A stretch of DNA of 61,433 nucleotides, filler included, from Dimargaris cristalligena (Eukaryota): assembly GCA_003614675.1 (NCBI GenBank). It is 2 parts of 2 records of this genome, joined end to end, with 100 filler letters (N's around TTAATTAATTAA, not from the genome) between each part and the next. Parts side by side here need not be neighbours in the genome. Positions count along the whole stretch, not along the records: positions 30,821 to 61,433 come from ML002453.1; 1 more part is not named here. One strand, 5' to 3'. Below, one piece after another: positions 42,860 through 54,387 of the stretch (its first letter is position 1; each line of letters starts with the position of its first letter). Position numbers and translations under genes: made by a program. The notes below the pieces were generated by a model. That model was not told the origin of the DNA. It saw only the letters and a list, made by a program, of their open reading frames with translations, and did no database searches.

Positions 42860-42950
42860 ACTATATGATGAATTATATCACGACGGTCTAATGATTGTAG
42901 GCAAAAAGCCTTAATGATTAAGCGGCCAGTACTAGGCATTTTCTGATCAC
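42860..42950 (+). ncRNA. Box C/D snoRNA snR73/SNORD35 homolog (25S Cm2959 equivalent)
   Basis: C box ATGATGA at 42865; 13-nt guide TCACGACGGTCTA 42878-42890 is complementary to the peptidyl-transferase-centre sequence TAGACCGTCGTGA; D' ATGA at 42891, internal hairpin AGGC/GCCT, C' ATGATTA at 42914, D CTGA at 42943. The D+5 rule lands on yeast-numbered C2959. Confidence 0.88.
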
Positions 42951-43180
42951 CAGCAATTGTCGACTATTCCGGCTTGTGGACGTTGTTCAGCACCATTTTC
43001 TAACCATTGGTAATGTACTTCTACTCTACCCGATTTCCACATTAGATAGCCGGCGACTGTGATTCCCTGTTTCATTGTATAGTTTTTATTTTATGGTCGT
43101 TATAATATTTACTTGAATAAAAAACTATTGTAAATTTATTACCAATCAATTAATCCGATGAAGGACATTACTATCATAAA

Positions 43181-45008
43181 TTACAAGATAGGCTGTTGAA
43201 TAGGCTCATTGAGGGGAACCATCTCGTAGAAGTAGCAGAAATTGGAGTTGATGCCGTCCCAGCCTCGGTTTCCAGATGCGCTGATCATGAAACGGCCGCT
43301 TTGATCAATGATGACTGACGAGATGGCCACCCCGTGGTGGCCCGGAATCACCTGGAACGGAACGCCGACTGACTTGTCGTCGTCAGTGGAGGTCTCCAGA
43401 TCCCACATGCGAAGATTGTCTTGGGAGCCTCTGGTGTGGGGAGTGGAAGGACATGTAAACCATAGGCAGATGGGATACACCAAAATAAGGATATATAATT
43501 ACGGTTAGCAAACGCATTGTACTAGATTGGGGAGGCTACAGAGCGGGGGTCGCTTTTATAGCTGTGTTAGACAAGTGCATAGTTAGGGATTATGCTAAAT
43601 AAAGGCATGTGCACACTTACACGACTATCTGTTTGCCATTGACGGTACAGGTTAGACTTGTAACTGGTCCTGAGTTATTGGGGAGCTTTAAGGTTCGGAT
43701 AAATTGGCCCATTGAGAAGTCCCACTCTTCTACAGTTGCGTTACGGCGGCCGATGTAGACTTTACTGCCGTCAGGCGACCAGGCGCTCTAGTTTCGGGAA
43801 AGTAGATGAAGTCGATATACATATGGTTGCGAGATGGACTAATGTGAGTTAGTGATTTAAAGAAAAAGCTCCGCACCTCCATCAAGTTATCAATAGAAAA
43901 AGATCCAGTCTTGCAATCTGGCCAGTATAATATAACCCCCCCCTGGTAGAAAAGATGGACTTACCGCCAGGCACCACGGTGGGTTTTTCCCTTGTGGATT
44001 GAACGACTGAGGTAACTGCGTGGGGTCTCGCAAATCCCAGAATTTACATTGACCGTCTATGCTAGTAGTCATCAGGATAGGCTGGCTGGGGGCGGACGCT
44101 CCCTTTTCCCCCTCTGTGTTCCCCGTAGTCGGCTGTCGAGGGGTGGGGCGGAATGAAACCCCCGAAATTTGGGACACATGGCCCTTAAACTCTCGGGCAA
44201 CTTGGCCCGTATTGAGGTCCCAATAGAGCACCCGCTTGTCCCACGAACCGCTCACCATGCCGTATTCGTCCGGCGAGATCTTAAGGGCCGATACGGGGAA
44301 AGTATGTTCCTTAAACACGTGGATTTTCCGGCCCTCGTCGAACCGAAGGCCCCACAGGGCAATGTACTTGCTCTGACCCGATACGGCGAACATGGCCTCC
44401 GACTGAACATCCAGACTGTATACAGGGGAGAGGGATCGGCTGTAGTAGGGGTTTTTGACGCTACCTCGGATGGTATCCGGATACGGGTCGGGTGTGTTGT
44501 CGTTATCCCAGTACGAAGCAATCACACCGGCTTTGGTGACGGTGTCGACTTGCATGTGCCGCTGGCTCTGGGTGAGGGGGAGGGCCCCGTTCATGGAATC
44601 GTAGAAATTCCATTTGCGGATGTAGCCGTCTTCCGATCCCGTCAGGACCCACTTGTTGCAAGGGGTGGCGGCGACCGAATAGATGGCATTCGGGTGGACA
44701 GCGGAGACGTAGGGGATCACATTGTAGGTGCGACAGGTGCCGCAGGTCTTGTAGATGGGGCGGAGGGGTTTGGCCGGATGGTCCAGAATGGTCACTTGGC
44801 CCTCGCCGGGTACCTGTTCGGGTACGACTTTGACTTTGACGAGTGGCTTGGTGGGAACTTTGGCGGTTGATAATGCGGAGGTGGTTGCGGAGGGGTCCTG
44901 CGGATGGCCATCGGTCGATTCGTGCTTCACAAGTACGGGAGCGTCGGCCGATTCGTTCTTCACGGGCACGGGGGCGTCGGCCGATGAAGCCTCGATGGTA
45001 GCGTCCAT
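43181..45008 (-). CDS. SPT8: SAGA complex WD40 subunit Spt8; 3 exons, ~486 aa
   Basis: Exons 45008-43965, 43787-43621 and 43430-43181. Motifs TYNVIPYVSAVH, LTGSEDGYIRKWNF, LTQSQRH, SPVYSLDVQSEA, PPWCLASAWSPDG..YIGRRN and IPGHHG...SGNRGW fit fungal Spt8. Confidence 0.88.
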
Positions 45009-47590
45009 GGGGAGGGGAAATGTCAAATTATGGGAAAATCGACGAGGGAAAAATATGTGAGGTTGAATGGGTGGGATCTCTCAAGCAGCGGAAGCGGAAA
45101 AGTTCTTCGCTGGATCTCCCTGAACAACGAGTGCCTTAATAAAGCGAGAGTAACATAGGGAGCTCTTCGACTAGCGGGAGCGTGTCCTCCCCGGATGTCG
45201 AAGGGAGGGATCGCCTGATTCCAATCGTTCGCCGACCGAATTTTTTCATAAAATCGAGAAACAATCAATCGAGCTGGGACAAGTTACTGCCAGCGCTTTG
45301 GAATGGCTACGAGGCCCTCTAGAATCAGTGGGCCAAAGCTTCGTTATGCAAATGGGCAATTCGATCGTTGGTTATTATTTTGTTGAGAATTGGAATGACC
45401 CTTCGATTCAGGATTAAAGGAGATCAGAGGCATACAGCCTATTACCATCAAGGGAAGGCTGGCTTCTACATCTGCGACACACTGGACCGATAAAGGCCCC
45501 GAGGTCATATCGGAGTCGAAGCCGATCGTCAGTAGTTATTTAACCCAATCTTCATCTCTCCTTTTAAACTTTAGATGGATCATTAAAGAATCCATGGACG
45601 GCAGTCTAGGGCTCTTTAAGTACTGGATTTTATCCCCAGCTCTGCCCTTATGGGACTAATTTTGTTCTATTGCTGCTACACTAATGGTTGCCATCTTGGG
45701 ATTTTTCTAACCCCCTAATGGCACTTGTGTAAGGGCGAATCACATGACCATTAATAAGTTGCAGGCAACCCCGTATTGCAAGTAGAATCGTTTGGTGAAG
45801 GAGATGGGCCATTTCTCATAGAGAGGGGGGGGTATAACTGGCTACAATTAGTATCCCAACCCACCACTCCTAAATCTGTAAGGCATATTCACCTGCTTCA
45901 CCAAATGCTACGAAGCGTACGGATACCTCTCGCATAGCCGGGCTATTATGTAGTTTATTGTCTTATGACTTGCACACTTCACAGTAAGAGATTGTCTCCT
46001 GTATATAAATTATACCATATTTCCATGCTCAGTGCTTCTCGATGCTCACAGCACCATCTTCCGCATGAAGGGCAAGTTTGGGGATATTGGAAGCGGTCAT
46101 TATAACCGGCCCTAGCATGGGTATGGACATAGTAGTCACTCAACATAATGGTTTGGCTCATCGTTTGGTACATTAATGTACCCATTGAATTACCTTGCCT
46201 AAACAAGCATTTGGTCACCTACCTACTATGGGTATATTGCATAATACAAATATGACTGTATTTTGCAGCCGGGTGATCATCCACTACCTTCTTATCCGGG
46301 ACTTCTAATTCCATTGGTTGGTCACAAACAAGTTGTTTGCATTCGATTAATAACCCATTAATTTAACAATATGTAAATCATCATGCACAAACTGGTTTAT
46401 AAATATGGGTATTTAGGCGGAGGGGTACGGGGTAATTAAAGGATTATCAGGGGGAGCAGCGTGTGAGAAGGGGGTAGGGTTTTCCACTGCCGATGGGATT
46501 CTAGAGCGGAAGGCATCTTTTGAGCGCGGAATTATATAGGGGTGAGGGTCGGTGAAATGGCTATCGCATGTAAGTAGAACTCCATTCTTTCCGTAAAGGG
46601 CTCTTTTTCAAAATCATTTTAATGCCAGGGTATCGAAAGTATTTAATACCATGTTCGAAATTACCGCGAACCAATATCCGGAACGCAATCACATCGAAGA
46701 AAACAGGTGTCGATGGATTTTTGGCAACTTCAGCGACGGAAAGATACGGACCACATGGTCTTAAATGGGCACATCTACTGGTCCAATCTCTCCCACAAAC
46801 GAACGTGGGTTATTAAACGGGAAATAAACACACGTCATCCCGGGTTCTCTATATTTTAATATAATACTGAATAAAATTTATAATTATCATTGAAATCTCC
46901 CCCTCGGTCACAGCGGTGATTCGGATCCCTTTCTCCCTAGCATGATAGATATAACGTTTTGGAGTTATGATAGTAAGAAAGAGAAGTCGCTCAAAAACCG
47001 ATTCCCCATACATGATATATATTTAAAGGGCCAGGGTTAAAATTCAGCCATTAGGTAACAAGGGGTCGATAAAGGCTCACCGTTGCATTAATCCGGAAGG
47101 GGTACCACATGAATCACTAATATTTCACTGGAGCACCCCCAATGCCAGGAGATATTGTGGTATGTTAGCAACCCGAGGATCCGTAAAACTGGTTTAGTGC
47201 GCATATATTTCTCAAGTTAATTTGTTAGAGCGCAACCGGGTTTGGAATAGCCATCCAGTGCTACAGTTCGAGAACGACGATGTGGAAATGGGGGGTGGGG
47301 ATGCGTAAATGACTAGCACTGTTCCGATTCATCTCGATTGGTAAATGGTTTGAAACTATCCGGAGCAGTATCTCTTATCCAAGCCTCCAGTGTACATCAA
47401 TATAGAAGTCCATATTGGCACGATTCCTTTTTCCTGTAGGGCTGTCCCAGACCATCAAACGCGTGGTAATCGTATAAATACTCCATTTTCGCCAAATCGA
47501 TGTAGTTACCAGAACTCCACGACTCGACTATTTCTTTTCGTATATCCCATTGCGCATCAGTGGGTTATTTATTGTACCTGAAATACAATT

Positions 47591-48870
47591 ATGCCCTTTT
47601 CCTCTCAAGTCGACAGTTGGAAACCCCAGTGGTACGGTAAGTATAGCGGCCGGGATACGCCAAGACTCGCGCGCCAGATACTTGAGACTACCCAAGGGTA
47701 CTTGACTCCGGAAACAAAGCTGCTTGACCTCGGTTGTGGCGACGGGGTATTGACGTTTGCCTTACAGGAGCAATGCGCTCAAGTGGTTGGCGTGGATAAG
47801 AGCCCGGCAATGGTTGAGGCCGCTCGTGAGCGGGGTTGCAAAGACGTCCGCTTAGCGGACGGGGCCGCTCTACAGGAAGCTGGAATTAAACCCGATGAGT
47901 TTGACATTGTCTTCTCAAATGATGGTAAGTAATACTCGCATATTTCATATATAATTAATGGTGTCAGATTGGGTAAATGATGGCGGTGCACATTACTACT
48001 TGCCATTTTTTATTTTATTTTTTGAAAATCTTATACTTAATGGGTGGTATCTATACATGCCTTTATTTTTACCGCCAACTCTTGCAGGCTATTTACTCGG
48101 TAGAGCCTAACCTCCAATTATTATTTTCTGACCCTCACCTTCACCCACAGCTCTCCAATGGATGAAAGCCGACCCCGGTAAAGTGGTTCGGGAAATACAC
48201 CAGTGTTTAAAACCCGGGGGTGTGTTAATTGCCAAATTTCCCGCCCACCATTCCATCTCAGGTAATTGCTTGATAAACCCTTCGAAAATCACTGGGTTGC
48301 AGAGAAAGCCAACCGACACAGGGAGCCAATTCAATCAGGTTTATTCTGACCAAAGCTCTGGCCTTCCATGTTAGTACTATAAATAGAGCACTAATGATTA
48401 TAATGCATGGTCCCGTTGTTCAATTCCCCCCTATGTATCAAGAGTTTAACGATGTTTGTTAATATACCTGCTATTATTCCCATCACCACACCCTTTTAAT
48501 ATTGGCCATATATTTTTTTGCTCCAGCCATTCATGCGGCCCTTATTGCTGCCGCCAACCAACGTGGATATGACGGGGTGGCAATATCGCCTTGGTACTAT
48601 CCGACCGCTGAAGAATATCGCGCCGTTCTCGAGGACAACTGGATGCATGTCCACAGGGCGGAGATTGAGCCCGTTGTGGTGCAGTTGTCCGTTACCTTGC
48701 GGGTGTTTCTTGAGTCGATTGCCTATGGATATGTGGCGGGATGGGCCGATGCAGCCACCCAGAAGGAGATATTGGACGAAGTAGAACGGGCGGTTGAACC
48801 AGTCGTATGCCGCCACGGGTTATATTACAGCGACCATATGTACCTTTATGTAGTGGCCCAGAAACCTTAA
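47591..48870 (+). CDS. Class I SAM-dependent methyltransferase, trans-aconitate methyltransferase (Tam)-like, copy 1; 3 exons, ~262 aa
   Basis: Exons 47591-47924, 48151-48261 and 48527-48870. Motifs LLDLGCGDG, GVDKSPAMVEAAR, FDIVFSNDALQW, LKPGG and SPWYYPTAEEYRAVLE. Confidence 0.88.
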
Positions 48871-51800
48871 ATGGAGCCAAAGACAATACTATATGGGAGA
48901 AGGTCATTCAGGCTGTATAACGAAAAATCCATGGGATGGGGCCAATATTACTGGTTAAAAGCTATTCTCATATATTTTCGTCCATACACGTATTATGTAA
49001 AATCTTATACAGCTGGTTTGAATTTCATACATATACTGTTGTTAAGTGCGGGCTCAATAAGTCCATCATATATGAGAACCCAAGTGACATTTCCCCCCTG
49101 AAACTGGATCCCCCCCCGGTGACTATACTGTTCCATCTGGGGTCACTGTTGAATAAAAATACCTATCGGATACTCATATCTAATATCCAAGTAGTAAGAA
49201 AAGGTGGACATGATACAGTTAAAGTACATATTTCCTGATGGCAATCTTATAACTACTCTGGGACTGTACGGTAGTGAGTAAAATCCAAGGAATGTATCAG
49301 TAAAAAATGGGGCCTAAAATGTAGAAAAAGTATTACCAAAGACTATATGGGGTATACCGATAATTTCTAAACATTACCGTTAGAAGTGGTGTTCCCAGGG
49401 TGGGTTACAGACTGAATACACTTGGAACCAAGTGCAGATATGTGTAGTCAGGGCTATTAGGCCAATTAGGCTACATGGGGGCCATGTCCAACATCATAAT
49501 CAAGGGCAGAGGGGAGTTTACTGCTGTGATCCCATGACTTGATAAAGCTGATGGTGCCGCCATCCATTGGATTATTTCCTCGATTGTACGTCAGCGTTCG
49601 GTATTTGATTTAAACCTAGGTATTATTTACAGATTTGATCCTTTTTTTTGCGCATACTCCGTAATTACGCAATAAATTCTCAATATCCAAATTCGCATTT
49701 AGTACAGAAATCCTCTCTAGAAATGGCACAATGAACTTGGTATGGGAGGAGGGGGGGTGACCACCCGGGACTTTTGGAGGGTTGTCTTATGGTTGAGAGG
49801 AACGTAGTGACTGAGTCGATTACTTAAGCTAGGCCCTCTGCAGCTCTTATTGGTCGGATTTGGCGGGCGTGAGTGTTACAACACCGTCAATTCGTCGCGT
49901 TGGACTCTTCTATTTACTTTCGGCGTGCGAAAAAAACAAGCATCTGGTACCATTTAAGCACAATTTCCACACGGTTTTTCTTACCGGGCTTCCGTTTCCG
50001 CTTGCTAAAAAGAGGCCTTCTTCATTCGGACCATGTAACCAGTCGACTAAATTCCGAAGATGCAATATAATAAGCAACCGCATGCCAAGCTGACACCCAA
50101 GGGCTTCGAGCTGCAGTGTGCGTCGGTATGTTTGTATCAGGTGGCCCGTACTAGGTGCACTAATGGTTGAGTATATAACCCCCCCTAGTAGAATATATTA
50201 TGTGGCGTACGAAGAAATACCCATATTCGACGAGGGGAGGTCAAGATTCGGGTGATTGAATACACGTAGGTGGATGCACCAAAACTTGGTTGTCGTAAAA
50301 CCGGTTATCCCCTCCCCCCCGTAAACTGACACTTAGTTGCAAGGGGTTCGTCGAGTGGCCCTTGGGATCTCGGTAGAGAACATGGTTGTTGGTTCTAATT
50401 GTTATCAATTTTCGCACCACGATTAATTGCAACCAGTGTGATATCATCCTTACCTAAATTTCGCTGGGCAACAGGGGACATACGCAATGCCTGGGCTTAA
50501 GTTGGCATTTACTTGACTGGGCTTATCGACCAGTGAAGGTTTGGGTCCATCTGGGAGAGATCCTATACGAATATGTAATAATGTGAGTAGTAATAGGGGG
50601 GTGAAAATGTTCGTGGCGTATTAGCGGTGTACTGCACAGTCTGGTCAGAAAAGAAGATTCTTCTTTGTAAACCTGATCGCGGAGTTCCCCATTAGTCAGA
50701 CCTAATCGAAATACCAGGGCCTTTTAGTCGGTTTTGCTAACATTGACCCCACAATGGCCGAAAAATTAACATGTAAATTTTAGCCAACTTATGTACTTGG
50801 TACATTTGTCGGAGAATTGCCATGGGGGGATTGAGTGAGTTTTTCGGGTGGGTGTTGCTTACCTACCGGGAAGTGCCTTCTTACAATCAAGCCAAATTGG
50901 GCCATTGGACAGAGGCCGAGTAATATACACATACTTCATCTGAAATACTGAATATATGAGTCGGACTGTAGCGGCGATACCAATACTACTGTCACACGAT
51001 AGCCCCCTTTGCCGCCGAGTTGAACCACACATGTTAATACGCTTCTCATTGACATCCTTTTGCGCCAAAAATTACAATAGGAGGAGACATTGCAACCCTC
51101 AGAAGGGGCGGACGGTCCCGAGTTAGGACGATCCCTTATCTCGACCAATGAGAACGCTCCATCTAACCCCCTCACCATAGCAGCCTTCTCAGAACAAGCT
51201 GCGAACGGCAGTCACTCTACCCAGATACCAGAAATATAGATATAAAAGAAGTAACGACTTGTGTACTCAAAAGATCTTCACGTTTCAATAAAATACTTAT
51301 TATAAACTACAAATCTTATTCACAATAACCCCACTCGGCATTACTTGATTAATCTGTCCCCACTTGGCATCCCGTTACAACATGTTCAATGGAACAAAAT
51401 GAGTGAGGTTGAGAATAATCAGTGTTTGCGAACAGCTGATAAAACTGGCCTGTAAAGCTACAGGTTGTGCATAGCGGCGGATTTTTTATATTAACTACCG
51501 GGGATGTTTCACATTGCTGTTTTATAGTTGGAGTGCAGTGCAAGTGGGGAAATGAGGTGGCAACCTAATTTCCTTCAAGAGTGTTTGTCTCATTAAACCG
51601 GTTTTTTGTCAAGTGGTCGGACTGAACCCCGCTCGTATGATTCTCAACAGTCATAGTGCAAATAGTCATGGTAAATGGCGGAAATTAGAAGCTAAAAAAT
51701 TATGATACCAAACCCAGTGGAATGTACGTGACTGTGCCCGGGCATAAAGGTGAACCCAACTAGGTGGTTTTGATACGTCCGCCTCGGGCCCAGCATATTG

Positions 51801-52078
51801 ATGGGCTTGAATATGAAAGTTAAATTTACAGTGGTTTGCGGGGTTGGGAGGGGGGGGGGTTCCGTTTGATGTAGGGGTTTATTTTCCATATAAAAGATGG
51901 CTTACCGGCACGTATTGGAATTATATATATTATGTTTTAATTTACATACCTTAATCAATCATTCTAACAGCCTCCTTACATCACCAGTTGAGTACTAGTG
52001 CCATAGTACAGTTTATTAATATCATTTTGCGGATCCCTTGGTACCATACTTTTACAATAGATTCAGCTCATCATCGCC

Positions 52079-53339
52079 ATGGCCGTTTCCTCTCAAGTCG
52101 ATAGCTGGAGACCGGAATGGTACGATCGATATAGTAGCCGGGATACGTTGAGACTAGCGCGCCGTGTCCTCGAGACAGCTCAAAAGCACTTGGCCCCCGA
52201 ATCGAGATTACTGGATATTGGCTGTGGTGACGGATTATTAACGGTCGTTTTACAGGACCAGTGTAGCCAAGTGGTTGGCGTGGACAAGAGCCCGGCAATG
52301 GTTAATGCTGCCCGTAAGCGTGGCTGCAGCGACGTACGGGAGGCCGATGGGTCTAACCTACAGGCTGCTGGGATCGGGGCCGAGGAGTTCGACCTAATAT
52401 TTTCAAATGACGGTAAGATAATTTAGGGACTTGCAATCCCCTGGGGCTGTGTTCTAGACGGACTTCCCTTAGCTAATTTCCACAGGTTTAACAACACACC
52501 ACCTTGTACCATAACTCCGAGCGTGTAGTTTGTTACGAATATGCGTGTATATTCTTTTCCACTACCGCGACTAATGTATGGCTATTTATATATATATATC
52601 AATGTGTCCATCTACCTTTCTAGCCATTCACTGGATGAAGGATCCTGATAGAGTAGTACAAGAGATGCATCGGTGTCTAAAGCCGGGTGGTATATTAACG
52701 ATTAAGTTTGTGGCTCATCATTCATCCTCAGGTAGGCAACAATGACAAACTCGCGCTGTTTTATCATCGGGTGGGACGGGACTGTTTTGCAAGACCCCGG
52801 CATTATTCCCATTATATAAACCTTCCCTACTTTTATACGATGCACCAAGGATATACGGTATTTTAGTTGGCGATTACCCAGCTACTGTTGGCCAATATTA
52901 ACCTTATGCAATGGACTCTATCCGGCCCTTTTGTTTGATTACCCTGTCCCATGGGTCGGATTTGCCATCCCTGAATGCACGGTGGTCCCAATTAGCGATT
53001 CACGCGGCTATACTTTACGTCAGTAAACGTTACAGGCCCGACGGCCAAATGATTTCCCCTTGGTATTTCCCAACCGCGGAGGAATACCGAGAGGTCCTTG
53101 AGCGAAACGGATTTCGCGACTGCCAGGTCGAAGTCGAAGCCGTTGTGGTGCCTCTATCTATTTCTTTGCGCGAGTTTCTTGAGTCGGTCCTCTTTGGATT
53201 TGTGGCGGACTGGGCCGATGCACCGACCCAGAAGAAGATATTCGATGAAGTAGAGGAGATTGTTGGTCCGGTGGTTTGCCGGCATGGGGTGTTCTATTGC
53301 GAAAATGTGTACCTTCATGTATTGGCCTACAAAGCCTAG
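52079..53339 (+). CDS. Class I SAM-dependent methyltransferase, Tam-like, copy 2 (tandem paralog); 3 exons, ~261 aa
   Basis: Exons 52079-52412, 52624-52731 and 52996-53339, with the same intron positions and phases as copy 1. Motifs LLDIGCGDG, FDLIFSNDAIHW, LKPGG and SPWYFPTAEEYREVLE. Confidence 0.88.
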
Positions 53340-53435
53340 CCTTCTGGAGCCGCATTCCTAAGCGGATTGTCATTGTTTAGTAGACCCCCCACTCTATGTG
53401 TTACCAGTGTTGGCTAGATATGCATCGTATTGGTG

Positions 53436-54260
53436 TGACTCACCAGACCCTTCCTCAAGTCGGGCATTAGTTTATCCACTTTGAACAGTTTTGACTCACT
53501 AAACAGTCAACGTAAATGACTCCTTAGCAAGAGGGGCGGCCACCATGCCGTATCAATATGAGCAACAAATTGAGTTAGAAGTTATCTAGAAGACTGGGAG
53601 CGGAAAGTACGGTGATTCATTAACGGTCGGGTAATTGATACCCCGGGGTTTCAGTCGTCCACCCATTATAGTTTCGAAAGGACCACTGGACTCTTCAGGA
53701 ATTAATAACTAGCTATACGAGTGTGTCGGCATTGGCGGTAGATACAGGCGCCTGCCAAGGCGCTTTTAGACAATGTCACCCTCTGAAGTCGAACCGGGTA
53801 GACCTCTTGGTTTATTGAGCCTAATTTAACGGGGTTAAAAGTGGTATCGTTCAGTCGAAACTGCATGGAGTCGGGCCCAGCGAGCGATGCTTGGCTCGGT
53901 AAGCATTCTCGGCCGGGGGGTATGGGGTTATGGAGTGCGTCTGTCGACCATTGGACAGTTCTATTCGCATAGCCACTGCTAAATACTACTACTACTACTA
54001 CTCCTCCTCCTGCTATAGACATGCACCCCTTTTGGAGTATAGTACCGGGTTTTGTCGCCCAACTGAGGCGACAAGTTCGTCGTTGCTGACCCTTACTGGT
54101 GCAATACCAATGAACTGTCTCTAGAGAGAAATCTACCCTATCAGTGAGTGCTTGGTTGTTTTACCCCACTGTGGGAGAGAAGAGCCCTTATTCCCCCGCA
54201 TATAGAAGGGACAGAGCCTAGGAGGTGTGATAGTGGTGAGTCAGTAGTATTTTTTTATAA
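53436..54260. promoter_or_regulatory. ILV3 upstream region with three Gcn4/CpcA-type sites and a TATA-like element
   Basis: TGACTCA 53436-53442 and 53492-53498, TGAGTCA 54237-54243; near-matches TGACTCC at 53517 and TGATTCA at 53613; TTTATAA ending at 54260. Confidence 0.55.
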
Positions 54261-54387
54261 CTAGACCCGGCTAACTATAGTCTGTTGGCCCCTTTAACTT
54301 CTTCTTCCTAATTATTAAAGCGCCTCTTACCGCCTGTGGTGCATTGCTTTATTCTTTAGTCCTTTATTGCTCCGAATTCCTCCCAAA

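Larger units (their letters stand above)
42100..43130 (+). ncRNA. Non-coding spliced snoRNA host gene with three snoRNA-bearing introns; ends approximate
   Basis: Introns 42239-42508 (GTAAGT / TGACTAAT 42454 / TAG), 42566 or 42571 to 42759 (GTAAGG or GTAATT / TGACTAAC 42714 / TAG) and 42821-43045 (GTAAGT / TTCTAAC 42998 / TAG). Internal exons are ~60 nt, no ORF of 60 aa or more is in the track, and AATAAA lies at 43116. Confidence 0.75.
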
